Both the position numbers and the translations under genes were made by a program. Below are positions 25,161 through 37,853 of a DNA stretch of 64,000 bases, piece after piece; position 1 is the first letter of the stretch; every line of letters starts with the position of its first letter. The stretch covers positions 12,973,480 through 13,037,479 of the forward strand of contig CM121342.1 in assembly GCA_051530055.1 (NCBI GenBank), read 5' to 3'. The notes beneath the pieces were generated by a model. The model was not told the DNA's origin, did no database searches, and worked only from the letters and a program-made list of their open reading frames with translations. The stretch comes from Neoechinorhynchus agilis (taxonomy: Eukaryota; Animalia; Acanthocephala).

Positions 25161-25382
25161 AGTTTGTACATTCCGTAGTCCGTAGTTACGCCGGGGAGGT
25201 CAAGTGGACTTGTGCCCTAAATAACGGTTTCAGGGTCAAAGGGTTCGAATCCAGGATTGACGATGGCGCACAACCAAAGGGAACTTAATACCGATGAAGG
25301 GCGGAGGAAACTCACTGATGAGTCCCACCCTACCGGGAGGTATCTGAGAATCCTGAGGGATGCTAAACTTATAATCGTATGC
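25161..25382 (+). mobile_element. tRNA-headed SINE-like repeat, copy 3, with hammerhead-like segments
   Basis: ggtcaagtgg (A box), gggttcgaatcc (B box), aggaaactcactgatgagtccc, ggtatctgagaatcct. Confidence 0.65.
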
Positions 25383-25949
25383 GCACCAGAGTCTAAATGA
25401 TTCAGCCACTTCTCTGATGTAAGACATCGGTGTGGCTTTATGCCAAGAATGAAAACCAAAAAATCCTGTTCTCAAAAGCGCATTCGAAAGAACGGTGATC
25501 CTCTAACGTTTGTTTACACTGAACAAAAATCTAGCTTTTTCAACACAAACTTTAAGCATTTAGGCTGTAGATCGTTACATTTTCGCACCAAATAAGGCCA
25601 CTTGGCGTGTTTTTTGCATTTAATCGATTTAAATTTAGACCTAAATATCGGGTTGATCCAACAAAATCCACTGGAATTACCGCTCCTGTAGAAGTGACCA
25701 ATTGTTCATGCAGCGAAGTTTAGTTTCTTAGGAACCCATTTGATAATTTTTGTGAATTCATTTGCGAACCAACCGACCAATGAGCTATTGCTATATTTTC
25801 GTTGATGCTGTTTTATTAGCCTCACGAAAATGTTCTCAATTACGAACTATATAATTAATAAGACGTTTATTTGTTTTTTACTTAAGAAATTAGACCCATG
25901 AACCGTTGGATCCTCATAAACACGCGGTTGCTGATTTTCGAGTGAATTG

Positions 25950-26115
25950 CGGGTTAAGTCGGATTTGCAAATCCGGTCGGAGGATGTCCGTTCGGGTGGG
26001 AATAGATGGTAGTTGGAAATACGTCCGGGTGGGCAAATCCGGTCGGAGAATGTCCGTTCGGGTGAGAATATACGGTCGGGTATCCTGTCGGGGGTTTATC
26101 CGGTCGGGGATATGC
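25950..26115. repeat. Short GC-rich imperfect tandem repeat (atccggtcgg / gtccgttcgggtg motifs, ~66-bp period)
   Basis: gcaaatccggtcggagRatgtccgttcgggtg occurs twice, with further partial atccggtcgg copies. Confidence 0.7.
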
Positions 26116-26208
26116 GGTCATGTTCAATCCCTGTTCTCCGCCCATTTTCCTTAGAATCAGCGCCGAAGTTTTGTTAGCGTAACTCAAACACAACTAGTAA
26201 GATTTTAG

Positions 26209-28052
26209 ATGCGCTCGCATAGGGCTCAAAAGTCTATCTGTCAACTCGACTTCGTCCATGGTAACTTTGGTCTAACTCGAGTGTCATGTGGTCGACTTTG
26301 GTACCAAGAAAGTTTGAGAATCGATGGTCAATCTAAGACCTCATTTCCTCCAACAGTAGCAATACTAAACATCCCAATGACTGTTATGATTGACGATTTG
26401 GTTTCAAGCTTGTCTATAACTGACTGTTCCTGTTTTGCTGAAGTACGAATCGTTCTGGCACTCCCCTCGGCCGCCCAGTCGATCGAAACCGGCAAATGTA
26501 CGATCATTTGCCGCTTACATAATGAACGTTGCTTAAAAAATTTCGTTCGCATGTACGCTGACCGATGTATTATGCGGCTCAATAACTACAAGACTCGGAT
26601 AGTTCGTGTAAAAGCTGTGAACTTCTCATCGACGGATGAACCACCTCAGCCATGCATCCAATCAATTCTGCCCGTAATCAATGAGCACTCACATTGCGCC
26701 TTTTGCTTAGAATCGGCGATCAATCGCGATGAATGCTCTGTGAAAGAAGTGGATGACACTGACGTTCCTGTGGCTGTTCTTTGTAATCACATATTCCATG
26801 CACGATGCCTCAAAAACTGTCGGAATGTTCAATGCCCCGTTTGCAGACATGGAATGCTTGGACCGATCACTCCTCCCGGTCAATCAAACCATCAACGATG
26901 TAGACTTTGCAACTCGAAAGACGGACTTCTTATGTGCTTGTTCTGCGGGGAAGTGAACTGTGGTCGCCTCAGCGGTTCACATGGTTATTTACATTTTGTT
27001 GAAAGTGGACATTGCTTTGCGCTCGAAATGGATGATCTTCTTTCTAACCGATTTGATCATAGATTGAGAGACGAAAATGAAGGAATGGACTCTGATTGCA
27101 GCCATGAACAGCGCGTATGGGATTTTGTCAAAGTAAAATCTGGGAACAAATGTGCCGGGGGATTGCTGAATGTAACGAAGCCTTGAATTTTTACTGGAAA
27201 TTACGTTATTTTTAGGTAGTGGTATAAACATGTACGTTCTTGAATCTTTAGGTTGAAAATGCTTGACAGCCACGAACTGCTACCCTGCCCATAAAGAAAA
27301 TAGAAGTCCTTTTCATTTTGCGTCCTTAGTTGGTATACGAGGCATAAAAAATTCTGCTAAATTTGAATGACTTTCTTTGTGACACAGAAAATTAGAGGTT
27401 GGGATTAGACTGATATAAGTATCCGGCACATTGGTCCGTATCATTTGTGGATCGCATAATTGTGGCTCAATTGGATAATGAGGAGGGGCGAAAACTTATT
27501 GCAGGAAAGAGCCGGGAAGCGCCCTTGATTGGCGGTATGTACAGTGCAGAAATCCATTTCCATTTGGAGCAATACATTGCGGACGTGATGGTAGACCAGG
27601 CAAGACTTTTTGATCAGCAAATACTTGCTATTGAAGCTCGCAAGGTTGATGAGATGCGTAAGGTTAAAATTGCAGGTCTTGAGAAAGAAGTGGCTGATTT
27701 GGTAAAGTGTTTGAATTCCCAGGAAATCGAAAGTGGTTATATCCAAGAAAAATGCTTGCAAAGTGATAAAGAGTTTCGCTTGGCTAAGGAAGAGACAAAT
27801 GTGCTTTTAACTGAGATTGAATCTATTCAGAGTGAGAACGACCAACTTGACGCAGAGCTTAAGGAAATGACCTCCGAGTATATTGACTTGGTATCGCAAA
27901 TTAAGGATGTTACGTTCCACTTGAAAGCACATGAAAGTGTGAAGAATTTGGATGTAAATGACGAGGAGTTACAGAATGCGAGTATTGAGACGAGACAGCC
28001 ACCTTTAAATGCAGAAAGTAAAACGCATAGACGGCGGCGAAATAGAAGGTAG
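26209..28052 (+). CDS. BRAP: BRCA1-associated protein BRAP/IMP-like E3 ligase (BRAP2 domain, RING, zf-UBP, coiled coil); exons approx. 26209-27135 and 27441-28052
   Basis: RING CAFCLE..LCNHIFHARCL..CPVCR; zf-UBP LLMCLFCGEVNCGR...HF.ESGHCFAL; QRVWDF; C-terminal coiled coil. Confidence 0.9.
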
Positions 28053-28691
28053 TCGGATCGAGCCTTCACTTGTATACAGTTCACTCCGTGGTTAACTATT
28101 CAAGCGACATATCCCATTCATAAATTGAGATAAAGAGAAAACGTAGAGTGCTGGTCTCTGTATTAAAACGATGTGATGTTCTCAATTAATTTTTTGAGAA
28201 GCAGAGAATTTTAGAGTGAGTGTTATACGAGATTGTAGAAAGAAAATAATCTGCTTAATTAAAATGAAATCGTTTAAACCGATAGACATGTTTCTACGTA
28301 AAATCCTATCTTATTATCCATTGTATTTATTTTCCTAATTTAGCTCTTGAAATAAACAAATATTAATGAATTGTTTAAAATGCTAATTAGAAATCATCAC
28401 AACCATTTTATTTTCAGGGATTTTGGTAAGACAAGACATATACATCGTTAAAAATTGTTCTTATTGAGGATAAAAATTGTTTCTGGTTCGCCTGGATTGC
28501 TAAAAATAGATTAATAGCACTTACGATCGTTATTATATGTATTAAGAATGCGTTGTTAATAGAGCTTAAATAGTAGAAAACTTACGAGCAACCTGAAGAA
28601 GTCAGGCGAGACGGACGAGATATTGAGAACAATAAACCAATGCCTGGAATTATTGTTTAGGTTTACACCCGGTAAATGATTATTTCGATTA

Positions 28692-28724
28692 AAACGTTTC
28701 GAACCTCGTCCGGTTCATCATCAG
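28692..28724 (-). ncRNA. Minimal Penelope-type hammerhead ribozyme motif (solo)
   Basis: Minus strand reads CTGATGA T GAACC ggacga GGTTC GAAAC GTT: intact core, 5-bp stem II, palindromic AACGTT stem III; stem I weak. Confidence 0.55.
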
Positions 28725-29026
28725 TTTGTTAGTTAGTAATAGATGCCTCACATATCCACAAATCAAACTCTATTCTTTTCATCACCAAAAAACACACAAA
28801 TAATAGATATCTAGAAACTTACGGAAAAGTATGAGTACTGCTGCAGTCTCAATAAGTTTTGAGCGCGATAGAAGTTCACGGCATCGCACACAAAACGAAG
28901 ATTACAAGGCACCTTGGATCATCATTGATGAGAAACAAAACAACTGTAGATTTAAACGCAAATCTAAAACAAACCCCAACTACGAATTGTATTAAAGAAC
29001 TGGACTCATTTTCATTTTATGTATTT

Positions 29027-31796
29027 TTATACCCAAGCGTTCTTAACAATCGACCGCTGAGCAAAAAGTTTTGCTAAAAAGCAACTAACTGTTAGCATTG
29101 CCATAATTCCTGCTATCAGCCGGCGATCGAAATCCTCTCGGAGTGCATCAAATGAGATTTCTGATGGAGTGAACGAGCGAAGCATTAAATCAGATCCAAA
29201 TACAAATGCAAGTGAGACTGATTCCAGTCTACCGGACTCACTGGTTTCGATTCCTCTGACTCGCGCCAATTCTTCTTTTTTATTAAGACTCGTACGATAA
29301 TCCTGCGGTAGAAAAATAAACCTAGGATCCTGTAAATAAGCATCCGGGCATGGATCTATAGAACTCCATGGTACGATGAAGCAAGTCCCTTCTTTTGTGG
29401 CGAACAAAAGGGACCGTGGAGTCAGTGCTTTACTTGTCTCTGAGACTCCAAGAGAGACCACATTCGTAAGGGGTGGTAAGAATTTGATGCATGTCCTACT
29501 CGTGACATCCGATCCATCTCTAAAGAACGAAATAGCGACCAAATATCCGCCAAACCGTTTGTTTTCGCTTTTACAAGTGTACGCTACCCAGTTATCGGTT
29601 GAGATCATTCTCAGCGATTTTTGAGAGCACAGTTCGCCGTGATTTGCTTGATAAAGAATATGGCCCGTCTTTGAGTTGAATACTGTTGTATAAGTACTAC
29701 TAATTGATGAAGAAATTACAGTTAACATGTGCGGATCGCAGTATTTGTGAATCAATGTTCCGTTTGGAAGAGAAATCTGCTCAGCGTATGCCTTTATGTC
29801 ATGTTTCGGCTGAAGCAGAAGTATCATATCACCAGGAACACGCGCAGTCCACACAAATTCACCGTTTGACAATCGAGCCTCAATTGTGGTCACGTCTTTC
29901 AACATATATACAACCATTTGTTCTTTTTCCTTTCCCACTTCGGCCAAACCTCCTTTGTTCAGATAAACAACGGTCTCCTTGAAATTTAAACGATCCATAA
30001 TAGCGCCATCTAATGAGTTCAATCTTGTAAAAACACTTCCAGTGATGTGTAGCAACATTGTAGAGTTCAATCGCAAAAGTTTCCCTTCGCCAAGTTTTGT
30101 TTGCATCCACAGAACCCGACCTCCGGCACCCAGACAATATACGGATCCTGATTCGCTGAGAACGTATACTCGCTTCTGATTGGCTGAAATTACAGCATGC
30201 GACAATCGAGCCAGATCTTCGTAGCGAGTGTATTTAAGAATTAACGTATCACCATCCATCTCGAAACAATGAACATTCTGTAGAAAATCTTTTGCTATCA
30301 GAACATTGTTATGGTAATAAATCAAAACGACTTCCATATTTAAGTTAAATATTCGATTTCCGGGAACATGCACGTTATTGTTTGTGTCAACAATAGCCCC
30401 GCTCCTGTGATCAATGGTTTTTATCATCAAGGGATCCACATCCATAGCACGCTTACCATAATAACATTCGCCATTGGAAGAACACAAATATCCATTCTTT
30501 ATATAATGCCCTTGAAGTATCTCTGTCGTTAAATCACCTCGAACCATTAATAATCCATTGGTCTCAAAGCACACAAGTGCCTCATTTGACAGAATCTCAC
30601 AGTTTTCAAGGGGAAAATTAAATGACTGAACAAGTGCTCGACCGTTTAACGGGTTGAGTTTCAAGACAACTTTTGTATCCAAGTCTATTATTGATACTTG
30701 GTCTAACTTTACAATCAGATGCGGGTTGACAATGGGCGTTTCTAATTCAGTGCGAAAAAGCTGATTACCGTCTCCGTAATGGAACGCCGATATTGATTTA
30801 TTATTAAGAACGTATACTCCTTTAAGCCACTTTGAGTAAACAAGCTGATCTTCGGGATTTACAATCAGCAAATATTTTCACAAAATTGGACATAATTTTC
30901 ATCAAGACTTATAACCAAGTGAGAAATTCATGTCTACACTTTTTTAATTTCATAGGAAACAATTGGTTGCTGTTATTAAAACACATCATCGATGACAAGT
31001 TTCCTAACTAAACAAAGTTAGCGGTTGATGGCGAACTCTCTAAAGTTTCGAAATTTAAATCATAAAATAGTCACATTGTGCATAGAAGCGGGTAATTGAT
31101 ATTTTTCGTCGTTTTCTCGAGAAAATGGATGCAACTAATAACGGTATAATGATCAGTGGAAATGGACATGTGACTGACTGACTTGGGGTAATAATTATTT
31201 AAGCTAGAACAAAAAACTACATTACCAACTCATTTGATGCAAAAGTAAAGCGTATTTGACTCCAATGCGTTTTACTTCGATAAAAAATGTTTTCTGTGCT
31301 CTCGTTGGCTACTCCATTGTTCCTGGAAGAAACGCCAAGATTTAGCACATGGATTTGGAAAAAAAGGGTTAATAATGTTGATAAATGAGCCATTGCAAAC
31401 AACATTGGTGTCGTACCAAATTCGAACATTCTGATAATATTTGACGATTTCGTATATACCCCGTTCCCACACGATAAATCCGTGCTTGACATCCATGCAG
31501 ATTAATCGTCCAGCAGTGGTTTTAAAGATCAATCGATCACCTGTTTCATCGATGAACTCGTGTTTGACGATCTCACAATCGTCTTCGAATGTTTTTCGCC
31601 ACTTGATTGTACCATCGTACACGGAAATTGCCGCGATGACGTTAGACCGACCGACCAAGACGAGATCGTTAAAGCTGTTCAATCTAAAGCCAACTACATC
31701 GCCAACCAACTGAACATACCACTGAAATCCATCAAGTTTTGAAGTTCCTGAATCGCAAACGGACAAAATAGCTAGGAAAGCGATTAAAATTAACAT
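29027..31796 (-). CDS. EMC1: ER membrane protein complex subunit 1; exons approx. 31796-31438 and 30872-29027
   Basis: Signal peptide plus PQQ-like N-terminus (VLVGRSNVIAAISVYDGTIKWRK), LGVSETSKALTPRSLLF, GIETSESGRLESVSLAFVFGSDL, FDALREDFD plus C-terminal TM helix ending KNAWV. Confidence 0.9.
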
Positions 31797-32279
31797 CGGC
31801 AGTTTTTAAACATCGTTGTAAACAGTGATTACGTCGATACCGAAAATGCCCAAAGCGCTGAAAGAAATCTGCATGGTTAGACACGGAAGAATCAACGGGA
31901 AATAGCACAGCTGACGTTATCGCATTGAATTTGATAAAAGCGTAGCAACATTCTTTCGAAATGGAACGCTGTATTTTCTATTATACAATTTTTCTCAATT
32001 TAGATCAATATAATGGTTGTGGAAACACATGCGCAGATTTTTCTTTAAGCTTCAAGAATTCGCGAGTGCAACGGATATGAACCCTTTATGTACGTAACTA
32101 TGAAAAATAATTGAATTTCGACAAATAAAAGATTACGAGATTTCACGAAAGCTTATCTTTCGCGCCAATTTTTGCAAGGTATTTACATAGGAATGCTTTT
32201 GCCTCATCATCATCAAGGAGGATTAAACGGGATCGAACATGTCGATATGTCAGGAGGTACCTAAGAGTATATGATTAGA

Positions 32280-32676
32280 GAATTATTGTTTAGAAGTCTC
32301 CATTCGCGGTAAATAATTTTTTTATTAAAGACGTTCTGAGAACCTCGTGTCGGGTTTAGAAGCCTTCATTCGCGATAAATAATTTTTTATTGAAGATATT
32401 TTGAGAACCTCGTGTCGGGTCTAGAAGTCTTCATTCGCGATAAATAATTTTTTATTAGACATTCTGCGAATTTCTTGTCGGTTTTAGAAGTCTTCATTCG
32501 TGGTAAATAATTTTTTATTAAAGACGTTCTGAGAACCTCGTGTCGGGTTTAGAAGCCTTCATTCGCGGTAAATAATTTTTTATTAAAGACGTTCTGTGAA
32601 TTTCTTGTCGGGTTGTTCGAAACGTTTTTAATAAATAATCATTTACCGCGGGTTGAAGACTTGTAAACAATAATTC
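32280..32676. mobile_element. MITE-like element with ~40-bp terminal inverted repeats enclosing ~5 copies of a ~64-bp tandem unit
   Basis: Ends gaattattgttta / taaacaataattc are perfect inverted copies and continue imperfectly (gaagtc..cgcggtaaat); internal unit tttagaagtc..ttcgcggtaaataattttttattaaagacgttctgagaacctcgtgtcggg. Confidence 0.75.
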
Positions 32677-33139
32677 CGAAGTCGCTGCTTGCTATAAAAT
32701 TATTTTAGAATTTTTGGTTTAGCGAAAATTTTATTGGCTTTGTGTACGCTTAGACAACTTTACCCATGGCCGAAAGCATCGCAAGCAAAATTCATTAAAT
32801 TTAACGGAGTTTTTATGACAACTTTCATCTTTTGTGTAGACATCGTTATGCAACTCTGGATTTTCCTATTGTGTGTGTGAAAAGCAATCGACGGGTCACC
32901 AGAGTGCTCATTGTGTATGTAAATTCGTTAGGCGCACAAAATCGCAGATATTCCCTTCAGCGTTATAATTTTGCCACGAAGACAGTGCATACATTCCCGG
33001 CGGCGGTGGCGGCGGTGTTGCGAGTCTTGCACAAAACGGTGTTCTCATTCCCAACGACTCCCATGAGCATCCACATTGATTTGGTGTTGTGTGCTCACGC
33101 GCGCGGAAGCGTGATACTTTTTAGAACGAAGGGAATTCT

Positions 33140-36100
33140 TTGTCGAGGGGGGCAATGAATGAACATTGTTCATACGTCCGACCAACAGTGATCCCTTCCA
33201 AAAGTGCCTGCATGCGAAGACGGATTTTTAAGTATAATCGCTCTTTAACTTCTCCCCCGCCACCCGCTCGTGAACCGTCACCTTGCGTTGTACCCATCGA
33301 ACAAGCTTCCTGTCTTCAACACGGAAGCGTAAGGAAACTATGCGAACTCTTTACCGCAAGTGATTCTTGTCTGGTGTCGTGATCCTAAATCGGGCGAGAA
33401 TTACTCAATTACGACTCAGCCTTTGTTGACAAATGCGCTTACTCAAAAGATGCTCACAAGATCAACATCGAACAATGATCGATTTTTAACTAAATCAGAT
33501 ACTAATCATCAACAGGTCTATAGGACCAGTGTGATCCTTCTCCCTGGGAGAAACTCACATTCCTCGAACAATTACGACCATAGGCCACTAAAAACAACGA
33601 CCATGGGCCCAACTACTATTAGCCAACCGGTGGATTACAGCCGTCCACTTTTGCGGTCACTTCCAGTGGCGCAACGCCCCACCATGGCATACCACCATCG
33701 TCGTATCCCTAAAGACGTTTTGAAACGTTCACAGTCAATGGATGCCCTTCTTCAAAGACAGTGCTCTTTATCAAAAGTAGAGAAACCTAGAAAATACTCA
33801 CCACCACCGCTGTCGTCGTCGTTCCCTGTTGACTCGGCTTCCTCGCTCGATCCATTAAATAAGACATACTCACGGAGCACTCTACGAATCCCAATTCATC
33901 TTCGTCCACCATGTACCCTAGCAACAAGTTCAACGAATTCTGGTCCAGCTAGTGGGGAGTACGACAGTGATGATAGTGTTTGTGGAATCCCCAAACCGGC
34001 ATTCTCAAGATTTGTGCGATTCAGATGTCAATGAGAGGGAGTGATTGTTCGCAGCGTATCTAAAGAATTTCTTTAGTTCCGTTTTCTCTCGCTTCATCTG
34101 TCGCAGTAATGGGTTTCCGTCTGTCCAGAAAACAATGGCATTTTAATACAGCAGGGACTTGTCCAGTTTTTGGATAACAACCCATCGGGAAAGCGGTAGA
34201 GAATAAGTAAAGAAATGGTATGTGTTTGTGTACAATTTAGACTCATTAAAAGACCGAGATGGTATCTTGTAAGGAGCTGCTCCTCATCTAACCGAAACCA
34301 ATGAGTGACTTATTCTCGTGTACTCGGTGCCAATGTTCGAGTGAAGGTGTAAGTCATGTGATGCCTAATTCGAAGAGGTGGATACGTGTTGTCTCAAGTT
34401 GAGCGGGTTGCATGCGTATCTCGCAGGGAAACAAACGCGGGGTGCCTTTTCCGTAAAGTCTTTTGCTCCCTTCCAATTCTTTAGCGAAACGTTACGGTGG
34501 AGGAGATGTCGACTGCCGACCGCTCGTACTCGGGCGCTGTGTTCAGCAGGCTTCTGTCATCGACCTACGAATCTAACAAGGATTTTAAAAAGAGAAAATC
34601 CTTTGCGCAACGAGCAAAGTTCAGACTTAGCGGACTATTCCACGCGCGCAAAACCGAAGGGTCATCGGATCCAGCAGGACGAAGAAAACGGCCTTTTGTG
34701 GGTCTCTTTAAGCAGATCATCTCTGGTCGAAAGAGGCACTTAAAAGCTAGACGGCGAATAAGGTCTTTGGAGAACGTGTCTCGTCTCAGTTCATTTTCAG
34801 TTAGTCTTCGTCCTTCATTTGAAAGGATACAACGTAGACCGGAATTCTGAAGCGGGTATTCTCTCTTGGAACTCTTTAGTGGAGAATCGCTGCTGCGTCA
34901 CACTCATTTCTGGTAATTATCAAAAGATTCCTGAGAAATTCGAAGACGGCGAGAGCGTGGGGAAAAGGCGGTATTTTCAAGAAGTGTGCATTTTACGAAT
35001 TGGAACGATTTCAGATTCAGAGAGTCGGCAAATGGCAAGAAGGCGTTAATGGGTGTCTTTGTCTATTTAACAACTTTTTGCTTCAAACAAGGTTTCGCTG
35101 AGGATAAGGTTGGGAAAAGTGGAATTGTCTCGACAATGGAACGGAATTCTGATTATCAGGATAGTGAGGAAGATGCATTAAACGGCGACGGCGGCGATAG
35201 TTCCACCGATGGTCGGTTAGAGGGAGACGATATTCTTTTAAAGGTATGTTTTGCTGCGTTTGAGAACTTTCCAAACGGCATGAACCTTGCTTCGAGGAGA
35301 TAAGTGCGAGTGTGCTGTCCTGATGATAATGTTCTCACTATTAGCACCAAAAGGCGATAGAATGCGTACAGTGCACTCGTTTTATTCTCTTTTCTCTTCT
35401 ATTCTCTCCCTCTAACATAATAAAACTTTTCCCTACTGACAGGCAAGACAAACACTGCACCAACGACCGATTGGTATACCAATGGCAAAGACAACTAGTG
35501 GAAATGGCGGTGTTTCAAGGACGAGCTGGAAAAGAGTTGCCGAACGGAAAAATCCGCAATCAAGATCGCAGAGCCTCACGGCTGCCGTTAGAAGGCGAAG
35601 TAGTACTGATAGTAACGGTTGGCTAAATTCTTCAATCACCGCTGGATATGGTAGTAGCGGGAGCAGTAGTAGTAGTGGAGATGATATCTACTTTGAGCAA
35701 TGGACTGAAGACCGCAAAGTTCAAGCTAATGGACGTGAGTCCAAACGACGAAGTGATGTTATTCGTGAAGAGTATCACGAGCGCGTCTTGAAGTCATCAG
35801 ATATATTCCCTTCAAATAACCAAATATACGTCCAAAGTCCATTTCGCCAACCAATTGAAATGACACCTTCGGAGTGTTGTCTTTATAGCGACGTTATAAA
35901 GCATTATGATGACCTTGCCCAAAGAAAGTCTCCTTTGGACCCAGATCTAGAAAACATGCGAATTCGAATTCTTCAGTCTTCGCAACTTCCTACATATTCA
36001 TCTTCTCAGGCCTCGTCCGATCAAACTCAGGATAATATTGTTAGAAAGGAAGAACGCCATGAATTTACAAACAAGAAGAATGAGAAGACTTCAACCTTGC

Positions 36101-36432
36101 ATCGGACTTTTACACCTTCAAGGAACCGAACTGTAATCGAAGAAGAGGAAGAAGAGCATCGAAGAGTTTATGAGACAACGACCACAACAACACTTACCAC
36201 AACTACAACCACCGTTTCGAAGGTAGAAAGTCAAGCATCAGTTGGAGCGCCACATGGGAATGATCGTGAAATCCACTTTTATCCAATTCCGATTCACGTT
36301 AATCCCAGTAAACGAAATAAAGAAAGGAGCACTGAATCTCCTAAACACAGAACGGCTTTTAGGCCTAATAATAGTCCAATAGGTTTCAAATTCAAAAACG
36401 TCACTCTTCACAAGATAGGAGATCCTCTTTGA
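33140..36432 (+). CDS. Hypothetical low-complexity Ser/Thr/Arg-rich protein, probably multi-exon (ORFs 33140-33382, 33360-34034, 34497-34850, 34986-35303, 35482-36432)
   Basis: Series of co-oriented long ORFs with GC content above background and plausible GT donors; no recognisable domain. Confidence 0.5.
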
Positions 36433-37853
36433 ATGTTGGTTTTAGCTCTAATAAACACTTTGCATCTTCCCAGGGAACATGATACTATAGGTCTTCAGAA
36501 AGCCTTCGTTTCTGCTTCGAGCTTTGTTTCTAGAAAATTACTGTCATATGCGTGGCGAAAGTTTCCGGCCCTTTTCTCAGAAGCTGCATTTGAAGATGTA
36601 ATGTGATTTCAGGTCAATGTACCATTTTTGTCTTCTTAAAACACTTGACAACCCCATCTAGATTTCCAAATCTTTATTACGAATTCGTCAAGGCGTAAAA
36701 GTCTTAAGCGTTGTTTAATTCAGAGTAAGGTGTAGTCAAAGCAAATCCAAACATTCTAAAAAAATTTTATTGCGTGTCTGAACATTGCTATACATTTATA
36801 TTGATTACACCTTACTCTGTATTGAGTACTGTTTTAATTTTGATTTGATTTTATAATAAGGATTTCGTCATTTAGTTCCAGAGATTCTAAAATGTGAAAT
36901 GGAAAGAAAAAGATATAATGGCCATGAGGCAAGTGATTGATATAAGAGAGCTGGACTTGTTTGTATGCTTTTCTGTGTTCGATGACATATAGTTCATCGG
37001 CTTAAGTTTTTTTAAAGAACCGCAGGATTATAATATTAAGTTTTGTTGTTGTATAGATCTCGAATACTCACCTGTAGTGCGTACATTCTAATCGTATACA
37101 CTATTTAATACATTCATTTTAAAGATTTTACTATTCATCGCATGTGATCCAGCGGTCAAATATTTTTGACTTCTCAGCAACCAATGTTTCTAGGGCACGA
37201 AAACCTTTTTCTTTACGTTGGAGTTAAGAGAGTGGTCACGGCAAAAGAAATTGGTTTAACATCGAGGTTTGTCGAGCTTTAAAGGAAACGCTTGTTCCAC
37301 GTTTTCCTCTCAGTCCCGTTTGCTAATCATCATCTAATAATTTCCTTCTTACATTTCCTGTTTCATTGGTTGTTTTTAGGATTCCTCAACTTGAAATGAA
37401 ATCAATTATCTTTGCATGCGTTGCAGGTTTGGTTCTTCATTTGCGATCGTAAATGAAAACATTGGAAGGCGCCCATCCAGATAGAGGGAGCAGTGTCCCA
37501 AGGGGATAATCAGCTCATTGGTCTCGACATAACTCGGGCATTCTCCAATGATAACCTGCCATCCCGCTCTCGCAGTGGCAGCAGACAACAGTCTAGCTGA
37601 GTGTGTATAGTAGTAGAAGTAACACAATCATCATCATCGCTGTTGTCGCCTCGTTTCGGTGCAAAGTGGAGTTTGCACAGAGTTTTGACGGGTAGGGGAA
37701 GGCGGGCGGGGTTATATAACATCGACATGGGTCTCAAGACGGCAGCGTCTTGGATGATAAGGAGAGTTGTGCGTTGATCTTTTAAGGATACTACCACTTG
37801 CGCCTATTCTATTGAACACAGTCAACAATTAACCCCTATTTTCCATGCGCTGA

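Noticed and set aside
27040-27110. 25-residue insertion in the BRAP zf-UBP as another hidden insert
   Set aside because: No in-frame TA pair and only a poor inverted match; more likely a genuine acidic loop.
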